DNA from: Desulfomonilia bacterium
GTDB taxonomy: Bacteria; Desulfobacterota; Desulfomonilia; UBA1062
Reading direction: 5' to 3'
NCBI GenBank assembly: GCA_963664325.2
Contig: CAXXDQ010000004.1
Span: 768,001-832,000 of the forward strand
Length of the DNA stretch: 64,000 bases
The notes beneath the pieces were generated by a model. It saw only the letters and a program-made list of their open reading frames with translations. It did no database searches and was not told where the DNA came from. The position numbers were made by a program, and so were the translations under genes. This document shows, one piece after another, positions 47,995 to 58,457 of the stretch. Each line of letters opens with the position of its first letter. Positions within the stretch are counted from its first letter, which is position 1.

Positions 47995-49251
47995 TTAATG
48001 GGAACCCGGCGGGAACAGCTGCATCCAGACACGCGCGTGCTTGGGGACGTTTGACCGCTGGCAGTCGGGATTGATATCACCGAGTTCCACTGCGCAGTAA
48101 TACGGCAGCAGCTGTATGACAAAAGTCGAAACGACCGCGAAAATGTGTTCATCGACATCCGGCAGTCGCAGAACATAGTCCATTAAGGGCGCGATGTCCT
48201 TGTCTTTCTCCGACACAATTCCAATTGCGGGAGTCTTGAGGCCGAGGGTCGCCTGGGCAATCTGTTTGAGCCATGGATATGACGGCCCGGGAGGGGCGAT
48301 GATTGCGGTTACTATGCGCTCATCGGTAAGGCCGAGCGCGCCATGAATATGACGGTCAGGGCACATGCCCTTGCAGGGGATGTGAGCCATCTCGTCGAAC
48401 TTCAGCGCGAGCTCTTCCGCTGTCGCAAGGTTGGGCCCTCCGCCGACGGATATAAAAGCTCGCGCGTTTTTGTATCTTTTGGCTATGGTGCGGCAGCGCG
48501 CATCGAGATTCTCTTTATTAGCCTCCAGCCAGTCCGGCATCGCATACAGCTGCTTGCGGAACTTTTCGTAATTCACTCTGCCCGGGGCTACCCTCCTGCC
48601 AAGTTCGAGGGCAAGCAGGACGCCGGCGGCGAACCTGGTCGCATAATGAAAGGTGTCTGAGCCCCCGGTGTCGAATCCGCCCTGGCAGATAACCGAGTCC
48701 TCGGTTATCTTTGTGAGCGGGCTGTGCGGTACGCTCGTCACGGCGATGAGGTATGCGCCGCCGCTCGCCGCCTTCGTTGCAGCGGCGTTTGCATCGAATG
48801 TCCGCCCGCTGCCCGAGAACACAAGGAATGCCGACTTCTTCAGGTTCCAGTTTCGTGTGCTGGTCATGAACTCGCCGCTGTCCACCTGGTCGGCGTCAAA
48901 GTCCGCGAACGCCCCGAATGCGCTTGCTGAGCCCATGCACACGAACTGAGATGTGCCGAGGCCCGTGCCTATTATGCGCGAGAGCTTCCTTTTGGCTATC
49001 TTTTCCGCAACAACGGCCACCTGGTCCGGAATGGTGTCGAGAGTGTCGCGCAACGCCTGAGGGATGCTCATTATGTCCCGATAAAGGTTGAAAGGATGCT
49101 CAGTTTTCGGTTCCGATCCGAGCGCAATATACATTGTGGGATATTCGCCGGTTCCCTCAATGGTGCGTTCGCCGCCGCCCTCAAGCCAGTCCCATTTCTT
49201 CCTAGGCTCTACTCCTTCGGATTTTTTCTTCCCGGCTTCCTTCTTCGTCAT
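47995..49251 (-). CDS. Double SIS-domain sugar-phosphate isomerase/deaminase (GlmS-C/FrlB/AgaS-like)
   Basis: GLGTS, FSGSGRT, GGGPNLATAEELALKFDE, HG. Confidence 0.78.
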   Translation of the reverse strand: MTKKEAGKKKSEGVEPRKKWDWLEGGGERTIEGTGEYPTMYIALGSEPKTEHPFNLYRDIMSIPQALRDTLDTIPDQVAVVAEKIAKRKLSRIIGTGLGTSQFVCMGSASAFGAFADFDADQVDSGEFMTSTRNWNLKKSAFLVFSGSGRTFDANAAATKAASGGAYLIAVTSVPHSPLTKITEDSVICQGGFDTGGSDTFHYATRFAAGVLLALELGRRVAPGRVNYEKFRKQLYAMPDWLEANKENLDARCRTIAKRYKNARAFISVGGGPNLATAEELALKFDEMAHIPCKGMCPDRHIHGALGLTDERIVTAIIAPPGPSYPWLKQIAQATLGLKTPAIGIVSEKDKDIAPLMDYVLRLPDVDEHIFAVVSTFVIQLLPYYCAVELGDINPDCQRSNVPKHARVWMQLFPPGSH

Positions 49252-49275
49252 TACGGTCGCTCCTTTCGGTCTGTT

Positions 49276-50133
49276 CTAAAATGTTTTTCCGCTGCTTTTG
49301 AACAGGCGCATCTTTGTTCTCACGGCTTCCTTCATATTGTCTATGCCCGGCTTGAATATTTTTCGAATGTCTATGGCGTCAGGATTGTCAGAGAGATACT
49401 CCCTCACTCCCGCTGTGAAACTCTTCTGAAGTTCCGTGGCGATATTGATTTTCCGGATGCCGCAGCGGATGAGCTCCAAGAAGATATCATCCGGAACACC
49501 GGAGGCGCCATGCAGTACAAGAGGGACTTTGACGAGGGCCGCGATTGCGGAGACACGCTCCAGATCGATCCTGGCGGTCTGCTTCCTCATTCCATGAACC
49601 GTGCCGACGGCCACAGCGAGCGAGTCCACCATGCTCGCCTCGGCGAACCTGGCGGCTTCATCGGGATCCGTAAGGGCTTCATCCTCTCCGCCATCCGTTG
49701 TTCCGGCTTCCTTTCCTCCCACATGCCCGATCTCTCCTTCGAGGCTCACGCCAGCCGGTCTTGCCAAGGCAGCGACACGCTGCATCTGTCTCACATTTTC
49801 ATCGAACGAGAGCGTCGAACAATCGTACATCACCGATGTGAAGCCGCCGTTTACAGCCTTGATTACATTTTCGAATTTCATACCGTGATCGAGATGTACG
49901 GACACCGGAACCGGCATGGCGGCCGCCATCTTCGGCAGGGCCTCGCAGAAAAGCGGCCATCCGGCGTGTTTGATCGCGCCTTCTGTCACTCCCACGATGA
50001 CAGGCGATTTTTCCTCGACGGCCGTTTCAATCACGGCTCTGATCTGCTCGATATTGTTGACATTGAACGCCCCCACGGCATATCCGTAGGAGGCCGCGTG
50101 CTGCAAAAGATCGTGGTTGTTTTTCAGCGGCAT
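49276..50133 (-). CDS. Class II fructose/tagatose-bisphosphate aldolase
   Basis: YAVGAFN, HLDHG, GTVHG, LVLHGASG, KINIATE; start MPLK at 50133. Confidence 0.92.
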   Translation of the reverse strand: MPLKNNHDLLQHAASYGYAVGAFNVNNIEQIRAVIETAVEEKSPVIVGVTEGAIKHAGWPLFCEALPKMAAAMPVPVSVHLDHGMKFENVIKAVNGGFTSVMYDCSTLSFDENVRQMQRVAALARPAGVSLEGEIGHVGGKEAGTTDGGEDEALTDPDEAARFAEASMVDSLAVAVGTVHGMRKQTARIDLERVSAIAALVKVPLVLHGASGVPDDIFLELIRCGIRKINIATELQKSFTAGVREYLSDNPDAIDIRKIFKPGIDNMKEAVRTKMRLFKSSGKTF

Positions 50134-51074
50134 CGCCGTTGTTCCGAGATGAGAGACATCACCTGTCTGAGTGATGGTATTCCTGCGCGGGCGCCGATCG
50201 AGCCGCAAGACAGGAAAGCGGCAGCATTCGCGAACTCGGCGCATTTTTCAGGGGGCCAGCCGCTCAGAAGACCGTGGATGTAACCTCCGTGGAAAACGTC
50301 GCCTGCACCGGTGGTGTCGACTATGGCGCCTTTAGCTTTGTATCCCGGCGATATGAATTTGCGCTGGGCCGTTGCGCCTATGCAGCCCTTTTCCCCAAGG
50401 GTGATCAGTGCGACTTTCGGGCCCCGCTCGAGGATCTTCCATACTGCGTCTTCCGGTTTTGCCTTTTCACCGAAATACTTGCGCACAAACGTATGGGAAG
50501 CAATGAAGTGATCCGTGTGGGTGAACAGCTCATCCATCCGCTCGCGCGGCCTGCCCAGGTCGATCACGGTTTCACCGCCCCGTTCCCGCACGAGCTGCAT
50601 CGCTTTCAGCGCAACCTGAGTTTCGTTGCCGTCTACGTGAAGCACCCGGCAGAACGGGAGGTTCTTTCTGGCGGCGACCCTCGCAGGCAACGGTATCACG
50701 CGCTCGCGCCCGAGGACCATCGTCCGGGTTCCTTTCGACATGTCGATCCACACAAACGCCTTTTTCGTCTCTGTTTTCTTTGACAGAATCATGTGGGCGG
50801 TATCGACTCCGAAACTCTCCATCTCTCTGGTGATAAAGCGTCCTTCGTCATCGTCGCCCGCTATTCCGATCATAGCAACATTGCGCTTCCATTTTCCCAG
50901 CGCCACCAGCGCGGTTACGACCGGCGCGCCGCCCTGATGGATATATTTCTTCGCCACTGTTTTGTCGTCTATTGCAGGGAATTTGTCGAGCAGGCACTGA
51001 TAATCGACAACACAGAATCCCAGGCCGATGCAATCGTATAAATTTTGTCCGCCTGACTTCAGGATTTTCTTCAT
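50124..51074 (-). CDS. PfkB-family carbohydrate kinase
   Basis: QGGAP, ITLGEKG, DTTGAGDVFHGG. Confidence 0.88.
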   Translation of the reverse strand: MKKILKSGGQNLYDCIGLGFCVVDYQCLLDKFPAIDDKTVAKKYIHQGGAPVVTALVALGKWKRNVAMIGIAGDDDEGRFITREMESFGVDTAHMILSKKTETKKAFVWIDMSKGTRTMVLGRERVIPLPARVAARKNLPFCRVLHVDGNETQVALKAMQLVRERGGETVIDLGRPRERMDELFTHTDHFIASHTFVRKYFGEKAKPEDAVWKILERGPKVALITLGEKGCIGATAQRKFISPGYKAKGAIVDTTGAGDVFHGGYIHGLLSGWPPEKCAEFANAAAFLSCGSIGARAGIPSLRQVMSLISEQRRCR

Positions 51075-51562
51075 TATTCCAGATCTCCGGAAAACAATTT
51101 CCCAAGTACGGCAGGGCGGAATAGCTTCTGGCGGAGATGATCAATACAGCCGCCTTAAGTCGAGTATGCTTTTATCCTGATGACAGCAGCTTCTCTTTGG
51201 CGTGAGCAGCTTCAGCCCGTGCGATTTGAATGCCTTCAATAATGACATGAACTCGCCCTGGGATAAATTGAATACACAAAGAAAAAGTGATGTATGTCAA
51301 GAAGAAAAAATCTCAAGATAAAGTGGCCTTTCTCATTACATCCCGTGAAGATAATGACAAACAGATTCCAAAATGTTAGCGGGATGACCCAAGATACGAT
51401 GACCTTGCTCCACGGCCGATAGCAGGAGTTTTTGCATGTGCTAAGCTGTAGCATGGCGCATTCCGACATTTTAAATATCATCAAATTCAGCATTTAAAAA
51501 AGGAGGATCATCATAGTATCCTGTCATTTGTTTAAAATGTCATTGACAATTAACACTGATAT

Positions 51563-51578
51563 TTGTAAACGTTTACAA
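51563..51578. promoter_or_regulatory. LacI-family operator
   Basis: Perfect 16-bp palindrome TTGTAAACGTTTACAA with central CG, overlapping the promoter downstream of TTGACA (51543-51548). Confidence 0.8.
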
Positions 51579-51606
51579 TAAATCAATCCGAGTTAGGACC
51601 AGGGAA

Positions 51607-52626
51607 ATGAATATGCCAATTTTTACCGTAGCAGTGATCGGTGCCGGACGTATGGGCTCGATCCACATAACCAACATCATGGATCATATGACCTCTGTAA
51701 CCATCAGCGGGGTGTATGACACGGACCCTGGTGCCGCCGATAAGGAGATCATACGAAAGTATGGTCTTATCTGTTACGGCTCCGACTCCGAAATATGGCG
51801 GGATACAACAGTTGATGCAGTTTGCATCTGCTCTCCTACCACGACCCATCTGGAGTACATTCGAAAAGCCGCCCGCGCAGGAAAGCATATCTTCTGCGAG
51901 AAGCCGATCGGTGAGGATATCTCCGGGATCAAGGAAACTCTTAAAATAGTAAAGTCTGCCGGTGTGACCCTGATGGTCGGATTCAACCGCCGTTTCGACA
52001 ACAATTTCCAGCGGGCGGCGAGCGCGGTCAGGAAGGGGGAGATCGGATCTCCCCATGTAGTTAAGATTACCTCCCGCGATCCCCATCCGCCTTCAATGGA
52101 ATTCATCAAAACCTCGGGCGGGCTTTTTTTCGATATGAGCATACATGACTGGGACATGGCCCGCTTCCTCATGGGGGCCGAGATCGAATCGGTATACGCC
52201 ACCGGTTCGAACCTTGTTGACCCGGAGATAGGCAAGCTCGGTGACATCGATACCGCCGCAGCAGTGCTGCGTTTCACATCAGGGGCTATTGCCGTTATCG
52301 ACAACTCGCGCCAGGCCGTATACGGTTATGACCAGCGTATCGAGATATTCGGCTCAAAGGGATCGGTCGTCATCGGCAACCAGCCGACCAACACGGCTTG
52401 CATCAGCACGGCTGAATGCATAAAACACGATTCCATCCCGCACTTTTTCATAAACCGGTATATGCAGTCGTACTGCGACGAGCTGAAAATGTTTTTTGAA
52501 ACCCTAGAAAAAAAGGGGCCGTCCCCGGTATCCGGCGAAGACGGGCTTGCTGCGGTAAAGATAGCCCGCGCGGCGCTCATATCTCACAGGGAAAACCGCC
52601 CGGTTTCATTAAAAGAGGTGGAATAG
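51607..52626 (+). CDS. iolG: Inositol 2-dehydrogenase-like (Gfo/Idh/MocA) oxidoreductase
   Basis: GAGRMG, CEKP, VGFNRRFD, TSRDP, SGGLFFDMSIHD, YGYDQRIE. Confidence 0.85.
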   Translation: MNMPIFTVAVIGAGRMGSIHITNIMDHMTSVTISGVYDTDPGAADKEIIRKYGLICYGSDSEIWRDTTVDAVCICSPTTTHLEYIRKAARAGKHIFCEKPIGEDISGIKETLKIVKSAGVTLMVGFNRRFDNNFQRAASAVRKGEIGSPHVVKITSRDPHPPSMEFIKTSGGLFFDMSIHDWDMARFLMGAEIESVYATGSNLVDPEIGKLGDIDTAAAVLRFTSGAIAVIDNSRQAVYGYDQRIEIFGSKGSVVIGNQPTNTACISTAECIKHDSIPHFFINRYMQSYCDELKMFFETLEKKGPSPVSGEDGLAAVKIARAALISHRENRPVSLKEVE

Positions 52627-52647
52627 GGCCCTATCGGTATTAATAAA

Positions 52648-53643
52648 ATGAACGCAACCATAAAAGACATCGCTAAAAGACTGGATATATCTTATGCCAC
52701 GGTTTCCCGGGCCCTGAACGACCGGTACGGAGTCCATCCGAAAACGAAGGAAAGAATATTGGCGATGGCGCAGGATATGAACTATCTCCCCAATGCAATC
52801 GCCCGCGGGCTGGTCAGGCAGCGCACGGAAACCATCGGCCTCGTGATCCCGGATATCACCAACCCCTTTTTTCCTGAAGTGGCCCGCGGAATCGAGGACA
52901 GGGCGGAAGAAAAAGGATACAGCGTATTGCTCTGCAACACCAACTGGGAGCAGGAGCGTGAGGCACGCTACCTTTCGCTTCTCAGGGAAAAACGGGTTGA
53001 CGGCATTATTCTTGCTCCCGTATCCAACAAGTCTCTGTTTGACCGGGAGTTTGATGACAAAGCGCGGCCTCTCGTATTCGTCAGCGAAGTCCGGCGAGGC
53101 ATGGGTAAAAGCTATGTGGCCATAGACAATATCCACGGAGGATACATCGCAACCCGGCATCTCATACAGAAAGGATACAAACGAATCGGCTTTTTCGGCG
53201 CGGCAGAGGACGAACTCACCAGTGAAGAGAGATATCAGGGATATACCAAGGCATTGAAAGAGGCCGGAATTAAGGAAAGAAAAAAATTCATCAGGTTCGG
53301 CGATTACAGCACAAACACAGGCAACAGGCTCATAACAGGCATGATAAAAAAAGGTGACTATCCCGACGCGGTATTCGCGGTGAATGACCTGTTTGCGCTC
53401 AGCGTCATGCAGGGAATCCGGGAAGCAGGGCTCAGAATACCCGGGGATATAGCGGTGATCGGCTTTGATGACATCCCTTTTGCATCTTTCCCGGAAATCC
53501 AGCTAACTACAATCGCCCAGCCTAAATACCAGATGGGCCGTATTGCGGCGGATCTGCTGCTGGAACAGATACATGAAAAATCAGGCGCAAAAAAAAAGGA
53601 GATCATCCTTGAAACAGAACTCATCGAGAGGGGGACTGCATAA
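52648..53643 (+). CDS. LacI-family transcriptional regulator
   Basis: TIKDIA...SYATVSRALN HTH; IPDITNPFF; VIGFDD; LTTI. Confidence 0.95.
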   Translation: MNATIKDIAKRLDISYATVSRALNDRYGVHPKTKERILAMAQDMNYLPNAIARGLVRQRTETIGLVIPDITNPFFPEVARGIEDRAEEKGYSVLLCNTNWEQEREARYLSLLREKRVDGIILAPVSNKSLFDREFDDKARPLVFVSEVRRGMGKSYVAIDNIHGGYIATRHLIQKGYKRIGFFGAAEDELTSEERYQGYTKALKEAGIKERKKFIRFGDYSTNTGNRLITGMIKKGDYPDAVFAVNDLFALSVMQGIREAGLRIPGDIAVIGFDDIPFASFPEIQLTTIAQPKYQMGRIAADLLLEQIHEKSGAKKKEIILETELIERGTA

Positions 53644-54479
53644 TGAAACCGACCAGCGAGATTTTAGGATATTCACCGGATGCGAGATTGCTCATCATCA
53701 ACATCGACGACTTCGGGTTCTGTCATACGGCTAATATCTCGGCAATTCAAACGATGAAGCACGGCCTGGCAAGCTCATTGACAGTCATGGTCCCCTGTCC
53801 GTGGGGCCTGCACGGGTTGAAGCTCCTTGCCGAGAACCCGGACATTCCCTTCGGTGTTCACCTCACGGCCATGAGCGAACATGAAATCTTCAGATGGGGG
53901 CCGGTATGCCCGCCTGATGAGGTGCCGAGTCTTGTGGCCGAGCGCGGCTTTTTCCCTACGGAAGATGAGAGAGACGGCTTCATATCGAGGATAAACGTCA
54001 AAGACATCGAAAAGGAATTCAGGAAACAGATCGAGATCGTCTTTAATGCAGGGCTCAGTCCCAACCATCTGGACAGCCATTGCAACATCCATGACAGCCG
54101 GGAAGACATCTTCGATATGACTGTGGGGCTGGCAAGAGAATACGGACTGGCGCTGAGGGTCCACGAGCCGCGTTTTTTAAAGAAACTGAAAGAGAAGGGA
54201 TACGCAGTTATCGATTACCCGGATGTGGACAGTTTCAGGCTTCCGACCGAGGGAAAGGATGCGCTGTATAAAAAGATGCTCAGGGAACTGCCGCCAGGGC
54301 TCTCCGAGTGGGGTATACATCCGGCAAGAGAAACCGACGAACTGAAAAGCATTACCGACGAGTGGCCGGTGCGCGACGCCGATTACCGCTTCTTCAATTC
54401 CGAACTGGCCAGACAGGTCGTTCAAGAGGAAGGGATAAAGATAATTACATACAAGGAACTGCAGAAGTTCTGGAAATAA
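53643..54479 (+). CDS. YdjC/ChbG-family carbohydrate deacetylase
   Basis: LLIINIDDFG, GVHLT, HLDSH, HP. Confidence 0.85.
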   Translation: MKPTSEILGYSPDARLLIINIDDFGFCHTANISAIQTMKHGLASSLTVMVPCPWGLHGLKLLAENPDIPFGVHLTAMSEHEIFRWGPVCPPDEVPSLVAERGFFPTEDERDGFISRINVKDIEKEFRKQIEIVFNAGLSPNHLDSHCNIHDSREDIFDMTVGLAREYGLALRVHEPRFLKKLKEKGYAVIDYPDVDSFRLPTEGKDALYKKMLRELPPGLSEWGIHPARETDELKSITDEWPVRDADYRFFNSELARQVVQEEGIKIITYKELQKFWK

Positions 54480-54498
54480 TAGAAGGGGGAAATAAATT

Positions 54499-55701
54499 AT
54501 GCCTGGACCCGGAGCATATTTAATAGATGAAGAAGAGTACAACGAAGTTGTCGATGTCCTGAAAGCGAAGCATATCAGCAGGTACGGGAGTGACGACGAT
54601 CCTTCATTCAGACAGAAGGTGCATACCCTTGAAAGGGAATTCGCATCAGCAATGAACGCGCAGTTCAGCGTCGCGGTCAATTCCGGGACAAGCGCGCTGA
54701 TGGCCTCTCTTGTAGCCCTGGGCATAGGCCGCGGCGACGAAGTCCTGGTGCCGGGGTATACCTTTATCGCATCCATGTCATCCATAATAGCCATAGGCGG
54801 CACCCCTGTGCTTGTCGAGGTGGACGAGTCCCTCACCATGGACCCCGCAGACTTGGAGAAGAAGATAACGAAAAAGACAAAGGCCGTCATGCCGGTTCAC
54901 ATGCTGGGCAATCCCTGCAACATGAAGGCGATATGCGAAATAGCCGGCAGACACAAACTGTCTGTAGTCGAAGACTGCTGCCAGGCGCTGGGTGGAACAT
55001 TTCAGGGAAAGCGTCTAGGAACGTGGGGAAATATCGGGGCCTATTCGCTGAATGTCTACAAAGTAATCAGCGCAGGGGATGCCGGCATCCTCGTAACCGA
55101 CGACAGGGGACTCTACGAGCGCGCCTTCGGATTCCACGACCAGGGACATTTGCCCCACCGCAAGGGCGTCGAGATAGGGAACCGGAGCCTGATCGGCATT
55201 AATATGCGCATGAACGAGCTCACGGGTGCCTTTGCCCTGGCACAGCTCAGAAAGCTGGAACGCATCCTCACGCTCCTCAAGGAGAAGAAAGCGAGGTTTA
55301 AAGAAGCCCTCTCTGACGCAGGCCTCAAGGGGATGCATTTCAGGACCATAAACGACCCCGGCGAGTGCAACACGCTGCTTACGGTCATCTTCGAATCTGC
55401 GGAGCTGGCCGAAAGGGCGGCGAAAGCGCTGGGGACGAAAACGCTCAACAAGAGCGGATGGCATGTGTACAACAACATGGAGCAGATGATCGCATGGAGG
55501 GATGAAGATGGAAACGCGCCGATCAGGAAAAATATGCTGCCGAGGACCGATGACATCCTTTCACGGAGCCTGAACTTTAGCGTCGGCGTTGTCGACGGCG
55601 GCATAGGGTCCGATTTCGGTATAACCATACTCTCAAACGACAGTGAAATAGACAGGAAAGCCGAGGAATTTGTAAAGCGGATCAAACCTATTATCGATTA
55701 A
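54499..55701 (+). CDS. DegT/DnrJ/EryC1/StrS-family PLP aminotransferase
   Basis: VNSGTSAL, GDEVLVPGYTF, MPVHMLG, EDCCQA, SLNVYK. Confidence 0.92.
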   Translation: MPGPGAYLIDEEEYNEVVDVLKAKHISRYGSDDDPSFRQKVHTLEREFASAMNAQFSVAVNSGTSALMASLVALGIGRGDEVLVPGYTFIASMSSIIAIGGTPVLVEVDESLTMDPADLEKKITKKTKAVMPVHMLGNPCNMKAICEIAGRHKLSVVEDCCQALGGTFQGKRLGTWGNIGAYSLNVYKVISAGDAGILVTDDRGLYERAFGFHDQGHLPHRKGVEIGNRSLIGINMRMNELTGAFALAQLRKLERILTLLKEKKARFKEALSDAGLKGMHFRTINDPGECNTLLTVIFESAELAERAAKALGTKTLNKSGWHVYNNMEQMIAWRDEDGNAPIRKNMLPRTDDILSRSLNFSVGVVDGGIGSDFGITILSNDSEIDRKAEEFVKRIKPIID

Positions 55702-55708
55702 GGGGGGG

Positions 55709-57004
55709 ATGCCTATGTGGTACGTGGCGGGCATTGTCTGCATCTGCTTCATACTTGTGCTGCTGCTGAAACCGCGGAACAGGGGAGGAGCTCATGACGG
55801 CTATTTCAAGTCAGTAAATGAGGTCCTTAAAAAGGAAACCGACGGAACACCGAAGATATTCTGCGACCTTGACCGTCTCGACAGGAATATCGAGCGCATG
55901 ATGGAAACATTAGGCAGCGGAAGAACAGTCAGGATCGTCGACAAGTCCCTTCCCTGTTATGACCTTCTCCGTTATGTCATGGGTAAAATGGGGACTAAGA
56001 AACTGATGTGTTTCCATACCCCGTTCATTCCGTCGATCCTTGCCGAACTGGGATACGACATCGATATTCTCATGGGCAAGCCTCTTCCCGTGAGATCCGC
56101 CGAGGGATTTTTTCAAGCCATTGCAGATAAGGAAAAGGCAGCGCTGGCGATCAAGTGGCTCATTGATACGCCGCAGCGTCTCTTGGAATACCGGAGCCTT
56201 GCCGAAAAAATGAACCTCACGATGCAACTGAGCATAGAGCTCAACATCGGCCTCAACCGTGGAGGGGTGACCAGCATTGAAATGCTTCATGAAATGATGG
56301 AGACGATAAGGTCAAACCCGAAAACACTTTGCTTTACGGGATTCATGGGCTACGAGGGGCATGTGCCACATGTGCCCGCTCTCTTCAATCACGTATCGGC
56401 CATTCAAAAAGAGCTGAAAAAGACAATGGACCGATACCATGAATACTGCCGGTACGCAGAAGAGAACTTCAGGGAAGTTTACTCGAAGGCAACGACATTC
56501 AACACAGGCGGCAGCGGAACCGTCAGTTTTTACCATGACAGGTTTCCTGAAATGGAACTTGCAGCCGGAGGCGCCTTCCTAAGGCCGGCAAGCTATCCGG
56601 ACGTTTCCCTAAAAGGCTTCGAGCCGGCCATGTTCATCGCAGCACCCGTCATCAGCAAACCGGGCCCTGTAAAGATACCTTTTGTGGAGTTTCTGACTCC
56701 GCTTGTAACATGGTGGAATCCGAACATGTTGCAGTCCGTCTGTGTGTATGGTGGCGGATGGGCGGGACAGTTTATTTCCCCGCCCGGGATCGATCCGCTC
56801 AATATGCTGAACGATCCTCCGAACCAGAACCTGCTGCCTAACCAGTCCCTGCTGGGCATATCCGACAGGACGCCGCTCTCCATCGGGGATTATATCTTTT
56901 ACTGGCCCAAGCAAAGTGACGCGATGTTTCAGTTCCACAATCTGCTTACCATTCGGGGAGGTGCGATCACAGGCGAGTGGAAGACCTTCCCGTTCGGATT
57001 TTAG
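55709..57004 (+). CDS. Fold-type III PLP enzyme (alanine racemase-N / DSD1-like) with N-terminal membrane anchor
   Basis: DLDRLDRNI, RIVDKSLP, ELNIGLNRGG, GFMGYEGH, TGGSGT. Confidence 0.75.
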   Translation: MPMWYVAGIVCICFILVLLLKPRNRGGAHDGYFKSVNEVLKKETDGTPKIFCDLDRLDRNIERMMETLGSGRTVRIVDKSLPCYDLLRYVMGKMGTKKLMCFHTPFIPSILAELGYDIDILMGKPLPVRSAEGFFQAIADKEKAALAIKWLIDTPQRLLEYRSLAEKMNLTMQLSIELNIGLNRGGVTSIEMLHEMMETIRSNPKTLCFTGFMGYEGHVPHVPALFNHVSAIQKELKKTMDRYHEYCRYAEENFREVYSKATTFNTGGSGTVSFYHDRFPEMELAAGGAFLRPASYPDVSLKGFEPAMFIAAPVISKPGPVKIPFVEFLTPLVTWWNPNMLQSVCVYGGGWAGQFISPPGIDPLNMLNDPPNQNLLPNQSLLGISDRTPLSIGDYIFYWPKQSDAMFQFHNLLTIRGGAITGEWKTFPFGF

Positions 57005-57053
57005 GAAAGGTATCGTGTATCAGAACATTATTGAATAAAAAGGAGGTTAATCC

Positions 57054-58427
57054 ATGAAAAAAGGTTATGTAGTTCCCCTGCTGGAAAAAATAGCCTTCGG
57101 CGTTGGGGACATGCCCGGCAATCTGACCTACCCGGCCCTTCAATTTTATTTCGTTTACTACATTGTAAACATTTCAGGTGTTCCCGCGCATCTTGCCGCC
57201 CTCGTCTATCCGATAGGCAGGGTGTGGGGCGCGATCCTGGACGTCATCATCGGAAGGATTTCCGATCGAACGGAAAGCAGGTTCGGACGGCGGCGGCCCT
57301 ACCTTCTTTTCGGCGCGATACCGCTCGGTTTGTCTTTCGTGCTTCTCTGGCTCATTCCGTTCAAATCCACGACTGCCATGTTCGTGTATTACCTTGCCGT
57401 GGTGGTGCTGTTCAACACCATATTCAGCATAACGACCATCCCGTATAACGCGCTTCACCCTGAATTGACCCAGAACTATGACGAGCGGACGACACTGTCC
57501 GGATTCAGGATAGTCTGTTCTTTCGTTGCCAATATAATCGCAGCCGCAGGGGTTGCGGTCATCGTCGACAATATCTATCCGGGTCGCCAGGCGTACAGGG
57601 AAAGCTATCCGGTCATGGGGTGGATCGTTGCCGCCCTGGTCGTGATCATGTACCTTTTCACATTCACGTTCACTAAGGAACGGGTGAAACCCGAAACCAG
57701 GGAAACAGAGGGAATTATACAGACGTTGAAATCTTTCTGGAAAATGAAAGAGTTCAGAAGCGTCCTTGCCATTTTCCTCTTCAATCAGATAGGGGCGGAT
57801 GTCTTCATGTTCATTATCATTTTCTTTTTGAAAGATGTCATCATGATTCCGGAAGACACCACCTTTATCATTATGGGCATCCCTATCATCACTGCGATCG
57901 TAGTGGCGCCATTCTGGGTCTGGATGGGGTCGCGTCTGGGGAAACCGAAGACGCTTACCATATCGTCCATTTACTTTGCCTCGGTACTGCTTTTCTGTCT
58001 CCTTGCCCCTGTGAAAAACCTCTACTTCGTGATCGGCATCGCAATATTCATCGGCATCGGCATGTCGGCTTCGCAAGTCCTTATCTGGTCCATTATGCCT
58101 GATGTGATCGAAATCGACGAATACGAGAACGGGGAAAGGCGGGAAGGAGCCTTTTACGGCATTACATCACTTATCTATAAGGCGGCCTCTGCGGTAGCTG
58201 TAGCCGCTGCAGGGTCTTTGATCGCCTGGTTCGGATATGTGGAAAACAGTGCGGCACAGCCGCAGTCGTCGCTCACGGCCATACGGTTTCTTATGGGCAT
58301 AGGCCCGGCAATGTTCTTCCTGCTGACTGCCATTACGGTGAGCAGGCTGCCGATAACGAAAGAGCGTTTCGAAGAGGTCATGAAAGCGCTTGACGAACGG
58401 AAGAAGCAGAAACAGCAGGCTGTATAA
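57054..58427 (+). CDS. MFS glycoside-pentoside-hexuronide (GPH) transporter
   Basis: ISDRTESRFGRRRPY, IPYNAL, YDERT, RREGAFYG. Confidence 0.9.
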   Translation: MKKGYVVPLLEKIAFGVGDMPGNLTYPALQFYFVYYIVNISGVPAHLAALVYPIGRVWGAILDVIIGRISDRTESRFGRRRPYLLFGAIPLGLSFVLLWLIPFKSTTAMFVYYLAVVVLFNTIFSITTIPYNALHPELTQNYDERTTLSGFRIVCSFVANIIAAAGVAVIVDNIYPGRQAYRESYPVMGWIVAALVVIMYLFTFTFTKERVKPETRETEGIIQTLKSFWKMKEFRSVLAIFLFNQIGADVFMFIIIFFLKDVIMIPEDTTFIIMGIPIITAIVVAPFWVWMGSRLGKPKTLTISSIYFASVLLFCLLAPVKNLYFVIGIAIFIGIGMSASQVLIWSIMPDVIEIDEYENGERREGAFYGITSLIYKAASAVAVAAAGSLIAWFGYVENSAAQPQSSLTAIRFLMGIGPAMFFLLTAITVSRLPITKERFEEVMKALDERKKQKQQAV

Positions 58428-58457
58428 ATCGGGAAAAAAACAAGAAGGGGGGAAAAT

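Noticed and set aside
49096-50283. 395-aa plus-strand ORF (and similar long antisense ORFs such as 7166..8191 and 57174..58076)
   Set aside because: Shadows of well-supported genes on the opposite strand.
51607-52626. Canonical myo-inositol (iol) pathway
   Set aside because: No iolE, iolD or iolB in the window; neighbouring enzymes indicate an amino or acylated substrate.
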